Assembly (NCBI GenBank): GCA_965224465.1
Contig: OZ245049.1
Location: forward strand, 3,185,895-3,249,894
DNA length: 64,000 bases
Reading direction: 5' to 3'
Origin: Flavobacteriaceae bacterium
Lineage (GTDB): Bacteria > Bacteroidota > Bacteroidia > Flavobacteriales > Flavobacteriaceae
The translations under genes and the position numbers were made by a program. This document shows, in pieces, positions 19,273-28,179 of this stretch. The notes below the pieces were generated by a model. It saw nothing but the letters and a program-made list of their open reading frames with translations, was not told the origin of the DNA and did no database searches. The first letter of the stretch is position 1; every line of letters begins with the position of its first letter.

Positions 19273-20700
19273 ATGTCAAATAACAGAAAAAAAACAAAAA
19301 TAGTTGCCACTTTAGGTCCAGCTTGCGATTCACCAGGGTTAATTGAAAAGATGATGACCGAAGGGGTAAACGTATTTAGAATAAATTTTTCTCATGCGGT
19401 ATACGAAGACGTAAAAACACGTGTGGATCTTATTAGAGAAATTAATGTACGACGTGGTTTTAACGTTGCAATATTAGCCGATTTACAAGGGCCTAAGCTT
19501 AGAGTAGGGGTAATGCAAGAAGGTGTGTTTTTAAATAAAGGAGACGAATTTATATTTACTACAGAAAAATGTGAAGGAACCAATAAAAAGGCCTTTATGA
19601 CCTATCAACAGTTTCCTCAAGATGTAAGTGTAGGTGAACATATCTTAGTAGATGACGGAAAATTAATGTTTGAAGTTACAGCTACTGATGGTAAAACCAA
19701 TGTTGTTTCAAAAGTATTAAGAGGAGGTAAATTAGGTTCTAAAAAAGGAGTGAATTTACCAAATACTAATATCTCTCAACCTGCATTGACAGAAAAAGAT
19801 ATTCAAGATGCATTATTTGCAATTAGTATAGAAGCAGATTGGATTGCCCTGTCCTTCGTTAGAACAGCTGATGATTTAAAACTATTAAATAAATTAATAG
19901 CTGATAATTCTGATTATAAAATTCCAGTAATTGCAAAAATAGAAAAGCCAGAAGCGTTAAGAAATATCAACGAAATTACAGTTCACTGTGATGGTTTGAT
20001 GGTTGCTCGTGGTGATTTAGGTGTAGAAGTTCCAATGGCAAAAGTTCCATTGATTCAAAAACGATTGGTTTTGGCTGCTAAAAAAGCGAGAATACCTGTT
20101 ATTATTGCTACACAAATGATGGAAAGCATGATTACGAGTCAAGTTCCTACAAGAGCTGAGGTAAATGATGTTGCCAATTCTATTATGGATGGTGCAGATG
20201 CAGTAATGCTTTCTGGAGAAACTGCCATGGGAGAATTTCCATTAGAAGTGATTCAACAAATGCGTACCATTATTGAAAGCGTTGAGAATTCACCTTTAAT
20301 TACAGTTCCAGAAACACAGACACGTTGTCTAAATAATAGATATATATCTAAAATTATTTGTCATCAAGCAGCCATTACTGCAAACAGTGTGAATGCAGAG
20401 ATGATTTCAACACTTACAAATTCTGGATATACAGCATTCCAAATTTCTGCTTGGAGACCTAAATCTAATATTGTAGCCTTTACATCTAATAGAAGAATTT
20501 TAGCAATGTTAAACTTGCTATGGGGTGTGAAAGCTGTCTATTATGATAAACTTGTAAGTACAGATGATACCATAGAAGACATTAACAAATTAGCCGAAGA
20601 AAAAGGGTTTGTTAAAAAAGGAGATTTCGTCGTAAATTTATCTTCTATGCCTGTAGAGGAAAAAGGAATGGTAAACACACTACGTATTTCTGAGATTTAA
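19273..20700 (+). CDS. pyk: pyruvate kinase
   Basis: 475 aa with IVATLGP and MVARGDLG motifs. Confidence 0.95.
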   Translation: MSNNRKKTKIVATLGPACDSPGLIEKMMTEGVNVFRINFSHAVYEDVKTRVDLIREINVRRGFNVAILADLQGPKLRVGVMQEGVFLNKGDEFIFTTEKCEGTNKKAFMTYQQFPQDVSVGEHILVDDGKLMFEVTATDGKTNVVSKVLRGGKLGSKKGVNLPNTNISQPALTEKDIQDALFAISIEADWIALSFVRTADDLKLLNKLIADNSDYKIPVIAKIEKPEALRNINEITVHCDGLMVARGDLGVEVPMAKVPLIQKRLVLAAKKARIPVIIATQMMESMITSQVPTRAEVNDVANSIMDGADAVMLSGETAMGEFPLEVIQQMRTIIESVENSPLITVPETQTRCLNNRYISKIICHQAAITANSVNAEMISTLTNSGYTAFQISAWRPKSNIVAFTSNRRILAMLNLLWGVKAVYYDKLVSTDDTIEDINKLAEEKGFVKKGDFVVNLSSMPVEEKGMVNTLRISEI

Positions 20701-21782
20701 TCATCTAGTAAAGCATATAGCGCAAAAGACGCTAACCAATGGGCTCCAGCATATTCGCTTGAGTCCATTTTTTTGTAACTATGGTTAAAGTGTGCATTGC
20801 CTAAGGCAATCATTTTGTTGTTATTTAAGCTTTTTCCTAATTCGAATAAACACCAAGCTCTGCTGTAATTTAAGCCGTCTAAATGTGCTAATTTTCCGTC
20901 TGAACGATCTGTGACTTCAGCTATTTGAAGCAATGCGGATGGGTTTTTTCTAAATCCAGGTAAAAATGAATCTAACCATGGTAGGAATTCTTCTTTAGAG
21001 AGTATCTTTTGCATCAAGGCTGCTTCTTGTAAGCAAGGTGATAAAAAATCAAAACCTCCAGGTTCCCAAGAAATTGGACATTGACTGTCTTCTAAGTAGT
21101 ATTCTTTGGCTTTTGATATAATTATTTGCTCTAATTTTGAATTGTATTTATGGGCATAGTCAAATGCAAAGGAGAGTCCAAAAGCGGTGTTTGGATGTTC
21201 ACCTACACGTATTGGGTGATTTAATTTTTGTAAAAAAGAAATGTATTTTGTTTCTATAAGTGAGACCAAGGGTTGTAAGTTTTTTGCCATCAGTTTTGCT
21301 TCGGGGATGTCCCAGTCATTCAGTGATTCAGCTACTTTTAAAAGCCATGCCCAACCATAAGTGCGTTCAAAATGTTTGGCAGATGCAGCGTTAAAATAGG
21401 CGACTTCTTGTTGGATATTCTCTGCGGTTAAACTCGCTTGTAATTTCTTTAAAATAGCGTCTCTATGTCCGAATTTCGGAAACGTTTTTAGAATGTTAAT
21501 TAGTGTCCAATGACCATGTACAGCAGAGTGCCAATCAAAACAGCCATAAAAAGCAGGATGTAACGTTGCGGGCTCTTTTAAATCGTTGGCGTTTTCTAAG
21601 ACTTGTCCTAACTTGTTTGGGTATTCTTGATCCATACATTCATAGGCAAAATGATAGAGGTAATTAGCACGTTCCACAGTGAGTTCTGGTGTGTTTAGAA
21701 GAACAGTTTTTACTTCTTTTTGGACATCACTACACCCATTTAATACTAAGAGAATGGTGCAAACAGCTGCTATTTTTTTCAT
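20697..21782 (-). CDS. lipoprotein of unknown function (DUF2891-like size)
   Basis: Lipobox-type signal peptide (LVLNGCSD); 361 aa. Convergent with pyk, with a 4-bp overlap. Confidence 0.45.
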   Translation of the reverse strand: MKKIAAVCTILLVLNGCSDVQKEVKTVLLNTPELTVERANYLYHFAYECMDQEYPNKLGQVLENANDLKEPATLHPAFYGCFDWHSAVHGHWTLINILKTFPKFGHRDAILKKLQASLTAENIQQEVAYFNAASAKHFERTYGWAWLLKVAESLNDWDIPEAKLMAKNLQPLVSLIETKYISFLQKLNHPIRVGEHPNTAFGLSFAFDYAHKYNSKLEQIIISKAKEYYLEDSQCPISWEPGGFDFLSPCLQEAALMQKILSKEEFLPWLDSFLPGFRKNPSALLQIAEVTDRSDGKLAHLDGLNYSRAWCLFELGKSLNNNKMIALGNAHFNHSYKKMDSSEYAGAHWLASFALYALLDD

Positions 21783-21813
21783 GGTAGGAATCTTCTTTGT
21801 TGGTTTATTTAAA

Positions 21814-24186
21814 TTATTTAGACGCTTTTACTTTCGTTAGCTCTATGTGCTTTTTTAAAATAATGGCATCATTCAATACAAAAGGCATGGGCATCATGTA
21901 TGCCTCCCTTGGTTTGATAGTGAATTGAGGATTTGAAAGTAAATCAAAACTAGCTTCTAATACCGTCAAATTTAATGTTTCCTTTTTAGAAACAATCATT
22001 TTTAGGTCGATTATTTCGTTGGGGTCGGTTAAATAATAGGAAAGAATTGTTCCATAACTTTTAATTGGAACTTTTGTCTTTTTCATAACAACATCATTTA
22101 TAACAAACAATTTTAAGTCAATCGGATTTTTACTTATCAATTCAATCCGATTTGCATTCCGCTCGCTTCTTATACGGAGATGTACAAATCGATTGTTTCC
22201 TCTAATAGTATCTGTAATAATGTTGATTGTAGGTGCTTTAAATAATTTAACTTCCGCATTTTGATGCCAGTGAATTGCTGTTTTGTACTTGCTTTTAATT
22301 AGTGTAGAATCATAACTTCCTAAAAGGGCTTGCTCTCCTATAAATTGTTTTGTAAAAGAATCTGTATGTCTATTGTAAGTGGACCAGTATGCTTTTTGGC
22401 TGTCCGTTTCTAGTGTGTAAATAATGCTGTTTGGTTGCCTGTTATTTACGCTATAGCCAGCAGTGTAAAAGGCAGTAGCAAAGGCAAGGCATGCTATTAA
22501 AAAAGCAAGGTTTCCTAGGGGTTTTCTAAAAGTAAATGAATGTATTATTGGGATAGCCAGTCCTAGGAGTAAGATGGTGAAAAGAGCACTTAGACCTATC
22601 ATTTTTAAACCCAATCCTACAGGGAACATTTTTATTAGAGGGACAAAGATAAGAAGTGTTGGAATGAGTAGTACACTCCATAAGAGCGGTGTCCATTTGT
22701 TGTTTTTAGTCGAAAAAATAAGGTGTATAAGCATTAGAATTCCTGTACTTAATGGAATACTAAAAAAACCTGCTCCTTTTAAGTAATATGCAATAGTAAA
22801 ATTTATAATAATCCACACAATCAAAGGTGCAACAAGCAAATTCTGAATGTTGATTTTAAGAAAATAAGAACGGTAAAACCGTAAAAATATAGCGACACTT
22901 AATGCTACGAATAATAGGATGTAATAATACCCATTATACGTAAATCCATGCAGTATGTCTTGGTATTGTGGGTGTATAATAAGCAATAGTTTCCACCCGA
23001 AAAAAGCAACTGAGACGGAGCTAATTAATGCGCCTAAAAAAGGGATAAACCCTTTTAATATTTCAAGAACAGCTAATTTTCTTTTAGACAGTCCAATGGC
23101 TAAAATAACCAGAAAAATAAAAAAGAGTATATAAATAATAGGCTGTACCCAAGCAAATGGATACAGGGCAAGACCTATTCCTGGGAAATTAAAATAAACC
23201 AGGTCTTTACTGCTGTTTAAATTATTTAAATCGGTATTTGCATAGTAATTGATTAATGGGATTATGTAAGAGGCTTGATGTTTGAACGTGTTTATATCCA
23301 ATCGTTCGTATGAATCTTGTACAGTGTGATAATCAAAATGATCTCCAATAAAGGCGAAATTGAAGCCGTTGATGTCTCCGTCTTCTCTAAAAATAGTTAA
23401 ATCGGTATCGTTAGGTAGCATTTTGTAAATACTATACATTAGTGAATTCGCTACTGGATAGGGAGTATTTGCCTTGTTAAATGTCTTTATAAGTTTTTCG
23501 TTCCCTCCATTTGTTTCTAATAACATATAACTAGGACCTCCACTTCCTCTGGCTTCTAAATTAAGGACAAGTCCTATGTTTTTTCCCCAAGCATGGTTGT
23601 TTACAAATGCACTTGCTCCTAATAAACCGAGCTCTTCTGCATCGGAAATACAGATGATAATATCGTTTTTATAGCTTGTTTTTTGTGCTAAAATAGCCCT
23701 TACAGATTCCAAAATGGTTACCACGCCACTGGCTGCATCGCTGGCGCCAAGGGAAGAATGAGGGTTAGAATCATAATGAGAAAGCAATAGTAATGGTTTT
23801 GTAGAATTGGTTCCAGGAATACGTGCGATGATATTCTTTGTGTGTGTAGCGGCTCTCCATTTACTGTTTACAGCTACTTGTGATTGGATCTCAACCTCTA
23901 AACCCATTTCCTGTAGCGCTGTTTTGATGTAATTTAATACAAAATCATGATTTTTACTTCCTGTAAAGTGAGGAGTGTGAGTTATCTTTTTAAGATGGAA
24001 TAAGGCTTTTTCGGTAGAAAATTCCGTATTTTTCACTGTTATAGGAATGGAATTATCAGGCATTAACGATTGAAAACTTAGATAGGAAATGCTGCAAATT
24101 AATAAGAGTGAAAACAGGGAAATATAACGAGGTTTAGATCTAGGCATGGGTTGTAGTATTTTGTTAAATAGTGATAAAATGTTCAA
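21814..24186 (-). CDS. M28-family zinc peptidase fused to a polytopic membrane domain
   Basis: N-terminal peptidase core with candidate M28-type metal ligands (HYDS, DAEELG) and zinc-aminopeptidase architecture, followed by about 9 predicted TM helices; 790 aa. Confidence 0.7.
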   Translation of the reverse strand: MNILSLFNKILQPMPRSKPRYISLFSLLLICSISYLSFQSLMPDNSIPITVKNTEFSTEKALFHLKKITHTPHFTGSKNHDFVLNYIKTALQEMGLEVEIQSQVAVNSKWRAATHTKNIIARIPGTNSTKPLLLLSHYDSNPHSSLGASDAASGVVTILESVRAILAQKTSYKNDIIICISDAEELGLLGASAFVNNHAWGKNIGLVLNLEARGSGGPSYMLLETNGGNEKLIKTFNKANTPYPVANSLMYSIYKMLPNDTDLTIFREDGDINGFNFAFIGDHFDYHTVQDSYERLDINTFKHQASYIIPLINYYANTDLNNLNSSKDLVYFNFPGIGLALYPFAWVQPIIYILFFIFLVILAIGLSKRKLAVLEILKGFIPFLGALISSVSVAFFGWKLLLIIHPQYQDILHGFTYNGYYYILLFVALSVAIFLRFYRSYFLKINIQNLLVAPLIVWIIINFTIAYYLKGAGFFSIPLSTGILMLIHLIFSTKNNKWTPLLWSVLLIPTLLIFVPLIKMFPVGLGLKMIGLSALFTILLLGLAIPIIHSFTFRKPLGNLAFLIACLAFATAFYTAGYSVNNRQPNSIIYTLETDSQKAYWSTYNRHTDSFTKQFIGEQALLGSYDSTLIKSKYKTAIHWHQNAEVKLFKAPTINIITDTIRGNNRFVHLRIRSERNANRIELISKNPIDLKLFVINDVVMKKTKVPIKSYGTILSYYLTDPNEIIDLKMIVSKKETLNLTVLEASFDLLSNPQFTIKPREAYMMPMPFVLNDAIILKKHIELTKVKASK

Positions 24187-24285
24187 TTATAGCAGGTGAA
24201 ATTTAGTTAAAAGTACTAAAAATTCAAAAGAAAGTGTGAATATAAACTTATTTTACTATATTGGAAGAACACAAAACCAACTATA

Positions 24286-24735
24286 ATGTCAATAAAACAT
24301 CTAAAACCAGTAAAAGGAAGCGTAGTAGAATCAAAAGAACGTAAGATCTTAGTAGCAGATTATATGATTACAAATATAGTGACGTTTTCACCAGATCAAT
24401 TAATTGTTAATGTTATGGATATATTGATAAAAAATAATATTTCAGGAGGACCTGTTGTGAATGAGAAAAACGAATTGCTCGGTATTGTTTCTGAGAGGGA
24501 TTGTATGAAACAAATTAGTGAAAGTCGATATTTCAACATGCCTATTCCTGATGCTATTGTAGACAATCACATGGCAAAAGATGTAGATACGATGGATAAA
24601 AACATGACCATTTTTGATGCCGCTAATATTTTTTATTCTTCTGGAAGGAAACGGTTTCCAATTGTGGAAAATGGTAAATTGATAGGTCAAATAAGTAGAA
24701 GAGATATTGTAAAAGCAGCATTAGATATGATGTAA
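24286..24735 (+). CDS. CBS domain pair protein
   Basis: 149 aa with two CBS repeats. The stop codon abuts MITE-like copy E. Confidence 0.8.
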   Translation: MSIKHLKPVKGSVVESKERKILVADYMITNIVTFSPDQLIVNVMDILIKNNISGGPVVNEKNELLGIVSERDCMKQISESRYFNMPIPDAIVDNHMAKDVDTMDKNMTIFDAANIFYSSGRKRFPIVENGKLIGQISRRDIVKAALDMM

Positions 24736-24893
24736 TATCAACTACATTTCCAAGTGACGGTTTAGAAATCGAATTATTTTTTGTTTTAGCTAGGTGAGAA
24801 ATCTTAGGATAGTTAGCCTATCGTTCTATTTTTAACAACGTTAGAACGTAAAATAAACTATTTATATCGGTCATTTTGGGTTGTATTTGGTGT
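24735..24893 (+). repeat. MITE-like repeat copy E
   Basis: atatcaactacatttccaagtgacgg ... ttttgggttgtatttggtgt. It starts at the last base of the CBS gene stop codon. Confidence 0.8.
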
Positions 24894-24920
24894 AATAAGA
24901 GTTTTTATTGGTTTTATCCA

Positions 24921-25016
24921 ATAAAAAAAACCGTTCAAAGATGAACGGTTTTTTTATCTCTTACCGAAGTAAGTTAGATTGAAACTTTCCCCAAATTTTC
25001 AATTTCTCTAATAAGT
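24921..25016 (-). ncRNA. candidate small RNA, copy a of a 3-copy family
   Basis: On the minus strand: -7 box TATCTTTG (TAnnTTTG); 7-bp hairpin ATTGAAA-N12-TTTCAAT; hairpin CTTAC-UUCG-GTAAG; intrinsic terminator CCGTTCA-tctt-TGAACGG followed by U8. Ends are approximate. Confidence 0.5.
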
Positions 25017-25211
25017 ATGGTACAAAGATATAGATGTTTTAGAATAGCATTGTTCGGGAAAACACATGATTAATTGTGGTTTTGCATAAAACAGAAGTTT
25101 TACTTTTTTTATCCCACTTGAAGGGTTTAATCCTATGAGGATAGGTCTTTAAAAACGAATTAGTTACCGTTTTCTTGGGGCAAATTTTTGAGGGATTATG
25201 TGGTTGGTATT

Positions 25212-25370
25212 ATACCAAATACATTCCCAAGTGATGGTTTAGAAATGGAATTATTTTTTGTTTTAGTTGTCGAAATGGATGGATAGCCTTGCTATTGGTA
25301 TATTTTTTAACAATGCTAGAACGTGAAATGAACTATTTATATCGATAATTTGGGATTGGAATTACTTGGT
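25212..25370 (+). repeat. MITE-like repeat copy F
   Basis: ataccaaatacattcccaagtgatgg ... tttgggattggaattacttggt. Confidence 0.75.
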
Positions 25371-25389
25371 TAAAATTATTTTTTTCAAC

Positions 25390-25485
25390 AAAAAAAACCG
25401 TTCAAAGATGAACGGTTTTTTTATCTCTTACCGAAGTAAGTTAGATTGAAACTTTCCCCAAATTTTCAATTTCTCTAATAAGTAT
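25390..25485 (-). ncRNA. candidate small RNA, copy b
   Basis: Identical core to copy a, with -7 box TATCTTTG on the minus strand at about 25490-25497. Confidence 0.5.
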
Positions 25486-25770
25486 GGTACAAAGATAGGA
25501 ATGTTATAGGATGTATTTGTTCGGTAAAGCGCAGGTAAGACTGTGGGTTTTCGTATTGGATTGAATTTTTTTTTCTGTGCGTTTGTAAAGTTGAGATCTA
25601 TGTATGCTTTACACTCATTTGATTTGTTAAATCTGTATTATTATATTGAATTATTTTTTGCAAGATAAAAGCTAAAATAGCTAGCATAGCTTTTTTATGG
25701 AAAGTTGGTTTTGAAAATTGGTTGTGAAAAGGAACCCCTATAATGCGACATTATAAAGTCAAATGAGGCT

Positions 25771-25915
25771 AATACCAACTATATTTCCATATGACGGTCT
25801 ATAAATTAAATTGTTTTTTGTTTTAGCTAGGCGAAAAATTTAAAGATAGCCTTCGCTATCGTTCTATTTTTTAACAACGTTAGAACGTAAAACAAACTAT
25901 TTATATCGGTGATTT
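25771..25915 (+). repeat. MITE-like repeat copy G, 5' part; interrupted by IS66 and resumes at 27923-27950
   Basis: ataccaactatatttccatatgacgg ... ctatttatatcggtgattt | IS | ggtgattttgattgtaattgtatac. Confidence 0.8.
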
Positions 25916-25994
25916 GTAAGCGTACGGAGAACTACATCTTGTAAGAAGTTAAAAATAATCTAATTTTTGCATCTAAACAAAAACGAAAATATAA

Positions 25995-26348
25995 ATGTTA
26001 GGATTAGGTACAGAACACACGTATTATTATCACTTATCTGCAGTTGATATGCGAAAAGGATTTAATGGATTAAGTGGATTAGTTAGTGAGCACATGGAAC
26101 AAGAGCGAGATAGAAATAGTGTTTATGCATTTATCAATAAGCAAAAAAATAAACTAAAACTTCTTCATTGGCGACCTGGAGGATTTGTACTGTATTATAA
26201 ACGATTGGAACGAGGTATTTTTGAGCTTCCAAAATACGACATTGAAGATGGATTAGTAGTTTTGAGTTATACCCAAATGGTTATGGTTTTAGACGGAATT
26301 AGTATTATAAATACTCAGAAAAACGAACGTTATTTAGAGGCTAAATAA
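25995..26348 (+). CDS. tnpB: IS66-family accessory protein TnpB (Orf2-like)
   Basis: 117 aa with the GFNGLSGLV motif typical of IS66 Orf2. Confidence 0.85.
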   Translation: MLGLGTEHTYYYHLSAVDMRKGFNGLSGLVSEHMEQERDRNSVYAFINKQKNKLKLLHWRPGGFVLYYKRLERGIFELPKYDIEDGLVVLSYTQMVMVLDGISIINTQKNERYLEAK

Positions 26349-26391
26349 TTCAATAAAACTGTAGGTTTTACCTGCTATTTAGTCTTGTTTT

Positions 26392-27894
26392 TTGTATATT
26401 TATAGTGTGGAAAACAATACAATAGACATACAAAAAGAGCTGGTAATTTTAAAGATTGAACTTGAAAAAACAGCTCAAGAACTAGCTGAAATTAAGCAGC
26501 AATACGAGCAGCTTAAAAGAATGGTTTTCGGGTCTAAAAGCGAACGTTTTATCCCTGTTGACACAAATCAATTGTCGCTTTTCGGAAAAATAATAGCTGA
26601 GAAAGAAGAGGCATACAAAAAACATATTGTAATCTACGAAAGAAAACAAAAGAAGAAAGGAAAGAAAAAACCTGTTCGCTCTTCTATACCTGCGCATTTT
26701 CCGCGAGTAGAAGAGATTATAGAGCCTAAGCACATAGAAGAAGGAGCTGTAAAAATAGGAGAAGAAGTTACAGAACTTTTAGAAATAACGCCTCTTTCCG
26801 TTTTTGTAAGACGAATTGTAAGACCTAAATATGCACTTCCGGAAGAAAAAGGCGTTGTTATAGCAGAATTACCAAGCTTACCGATACCTAAAGGAAATGC
26901 ATCAGCAAGTTTATTGGCCTTTATACTTATTTCAAAATTTGTAGACCATTTACCACTTTACAGATTAATTCAAATTTTTAAACGACAAGATTTAAAAGTA
27001 AGTAAATCAACAATTGGAGGATGGGTATCTAAAAGTTCGGAGCTTATCGCTCCTTTATACGATACATTTAAGGCTCAGTTTTTAGAAAATGCCAATTATA
27101 TTCAAGCAGACGAATCTCCTATAAAGGTTTTAGATAAAGACAAGAAAAAATCAACACACAGAGGGTATATGTGGGTGTATCGAAATCCTGTTAAAAATTT
27201 AGTTCTTTTTGAATACAATAAAGGGAGAGGAAAAGTTGTTCCAGAAGAGTTTTTTAAAGATTTCAATGGGACACTACAGTCCGATGGGTATGCTGCATAC
27301 CAAAACTTAACAACAAAAGGAGAAATTACTCTTTTAGGTTGCATGGCTCATGCTAGGCGGTATTTTGAGAAGGCGCTGGATAATGATCCTAAAAGAGCGG
27401 ATGTTGTTTTGTTGGAAATTCAAAAGCTATACAAGATAGAACGTAAAATAAAAGAACAAGAATTAACTATTGAGCAAACTAAAGCATATAGAGAAAAACA
27501 TGCATCACCTGTTTTAGACGGAATAGAAATTTATCTTACAAAAGAGCGAAAAAACGTACTGCCTAAAAGTGCCATAGGAAAAGCAATTGCTTATACTCTT
27601 AAAATATGGCAAAACCTAAAACTATACATCGATGATGGCAGGTTTGAAATAGACAACAATAATATAGAAAATGCCATAAGACCTTTAGCTATTGGCAGAA
27701 AAAATTATCTCTTTGCTGGCAGTCATGAGTCCGCACAAAACATAGCTCTATTTTATAGCTTTTTTGCTACTTGCAAAAAGAATAACGTAAACCCACATAC
27801 GTGGCTATGTGATGTCCTTAATAGATTACCAGAACATAAGGCTAATAAACTTTCGGAGTTACTGCCTCAAAATTGGAAGCCTGTTGATAAATAA
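26392..27894 (+). CDS. IS66-family transposase
   Basis: 500 aa with an N-terminal leucine-zipper-like region and central DDE region; LFAGS and CMAHARR motifs. Confidence 0.88.
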   Translation: MYIYSVENNTIDIQKELVILKIELEKTAQELAEIKQQYEQLKRMVFGSKSERFIPVDTNQLSLFGKIIAEKEEAYKKHIVIYERKQKKKGKKKPVRSSIPAHFPRVEEIIEPKHIEEGAVKIGEEVTELLEITPLSVFVRRIVRPKYALPEEKGVVIAELPSLPIPKGNASASLLAFILISKFVDHLPLYRLIQIFKRQDLKVSKSTIGGWVSKSSELIAPLYDTFKAQFLENANYIQADESPIKVLDKDKKKSTHRGYMWVYRNPVKNLVLFEYNKGRGKVVPEEFFKDFNGTLQSDGYAAYQNLTTKGEITLLGCMAHARRYFEKALDNDPKRADVVLLEIQKLYKIERKIKEQELTIEQTKAYREKHASPVLDGIEIYLTKERKNVLPKSAIGKAIAYTLKIWQNLKLYIDDGRFEIDNNNIENAIRPLAIGRKNYLFAGSHESAQNIALFYSFFATCKKNNVNPHTWLCDVLNRLPEHKANKLSELLPQNWKPVDK

Positions 27895-27992
27895 TCAAGG
27901 GTGTACTTTACCGTACGCTTACGGTGATTTTGATTGTAATTGTATACGTTGTTCTTTAGAAATAGATTCTCTAATCAAAATGTTATTAACCA

Positions 27993-28090
27993 AAAAAAAC
28001 CATTCATAGCTGAATGGTTTTTTTAGTGCTTACCTAAATAAGCATTAGATTGAAACTTTCCCCAAATTTTCAATTTCTCTAATAAGTATG
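27993..28090 (-). ncRNA. candidate small RNA, copy c (diverged)
   Basis: -7 box TATATTTG with TTG 19 nt upstream. Hairpin 1 is identical. Hairpin 2 is GCTTA-N6-TAAGC and the terminator is CCATTCA...TGAATGG; both keep pairing through compensatory changes relative to copies a and b. Confidence 0.5.
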
Positions 28091-28179
28091 GTACAAATAT
28101 ATACATATAGGTAGCATAGTCAATTCGGGTTAACACAGGTTAAATTGTGGTTTTCTGTAAATTAAAAACGCATCGTTTT

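Larger units (their letters stand above)
25916..27922 (+). mobile_element. IS66-family insertion sequence, 2-ORF variant (tnpB + transposase), complete, with 8-bp TSD GGTGATTT
   Basis: Left end GTAAGCGTACGG and right end CCGTACGCTTAC are inverted GTAAGCG-type termini. GGTGATTT occurs at 25908-25915 and again at 27923-27930. The element interrupts MITE-like copy G. Confidence 0.8.

Noticed and set aside
24921-25030. Reading the 3-copy conserved unit on the plus strand as a promoter or 5' UTR for a downstream gene.
   Set aside because: No downstream ORF follows any of the three copies on the plus strand. The TAnnTTTG box, the UUCG hairpin and the hairpin-plus-U-tract order are only coherent on the minus strand. 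Strand is still unconfirmed.
25916-25994. Whether the IS66 element is a truncated pseudo-element lacking tnpA.
   Set aside because: Both GTAAGCG-type termini and an 8-bp target duplication are intact, and only 80 bp precede tnpB. This fits a naturally 2-ORF IS66-family member rather than a deletion derivative.
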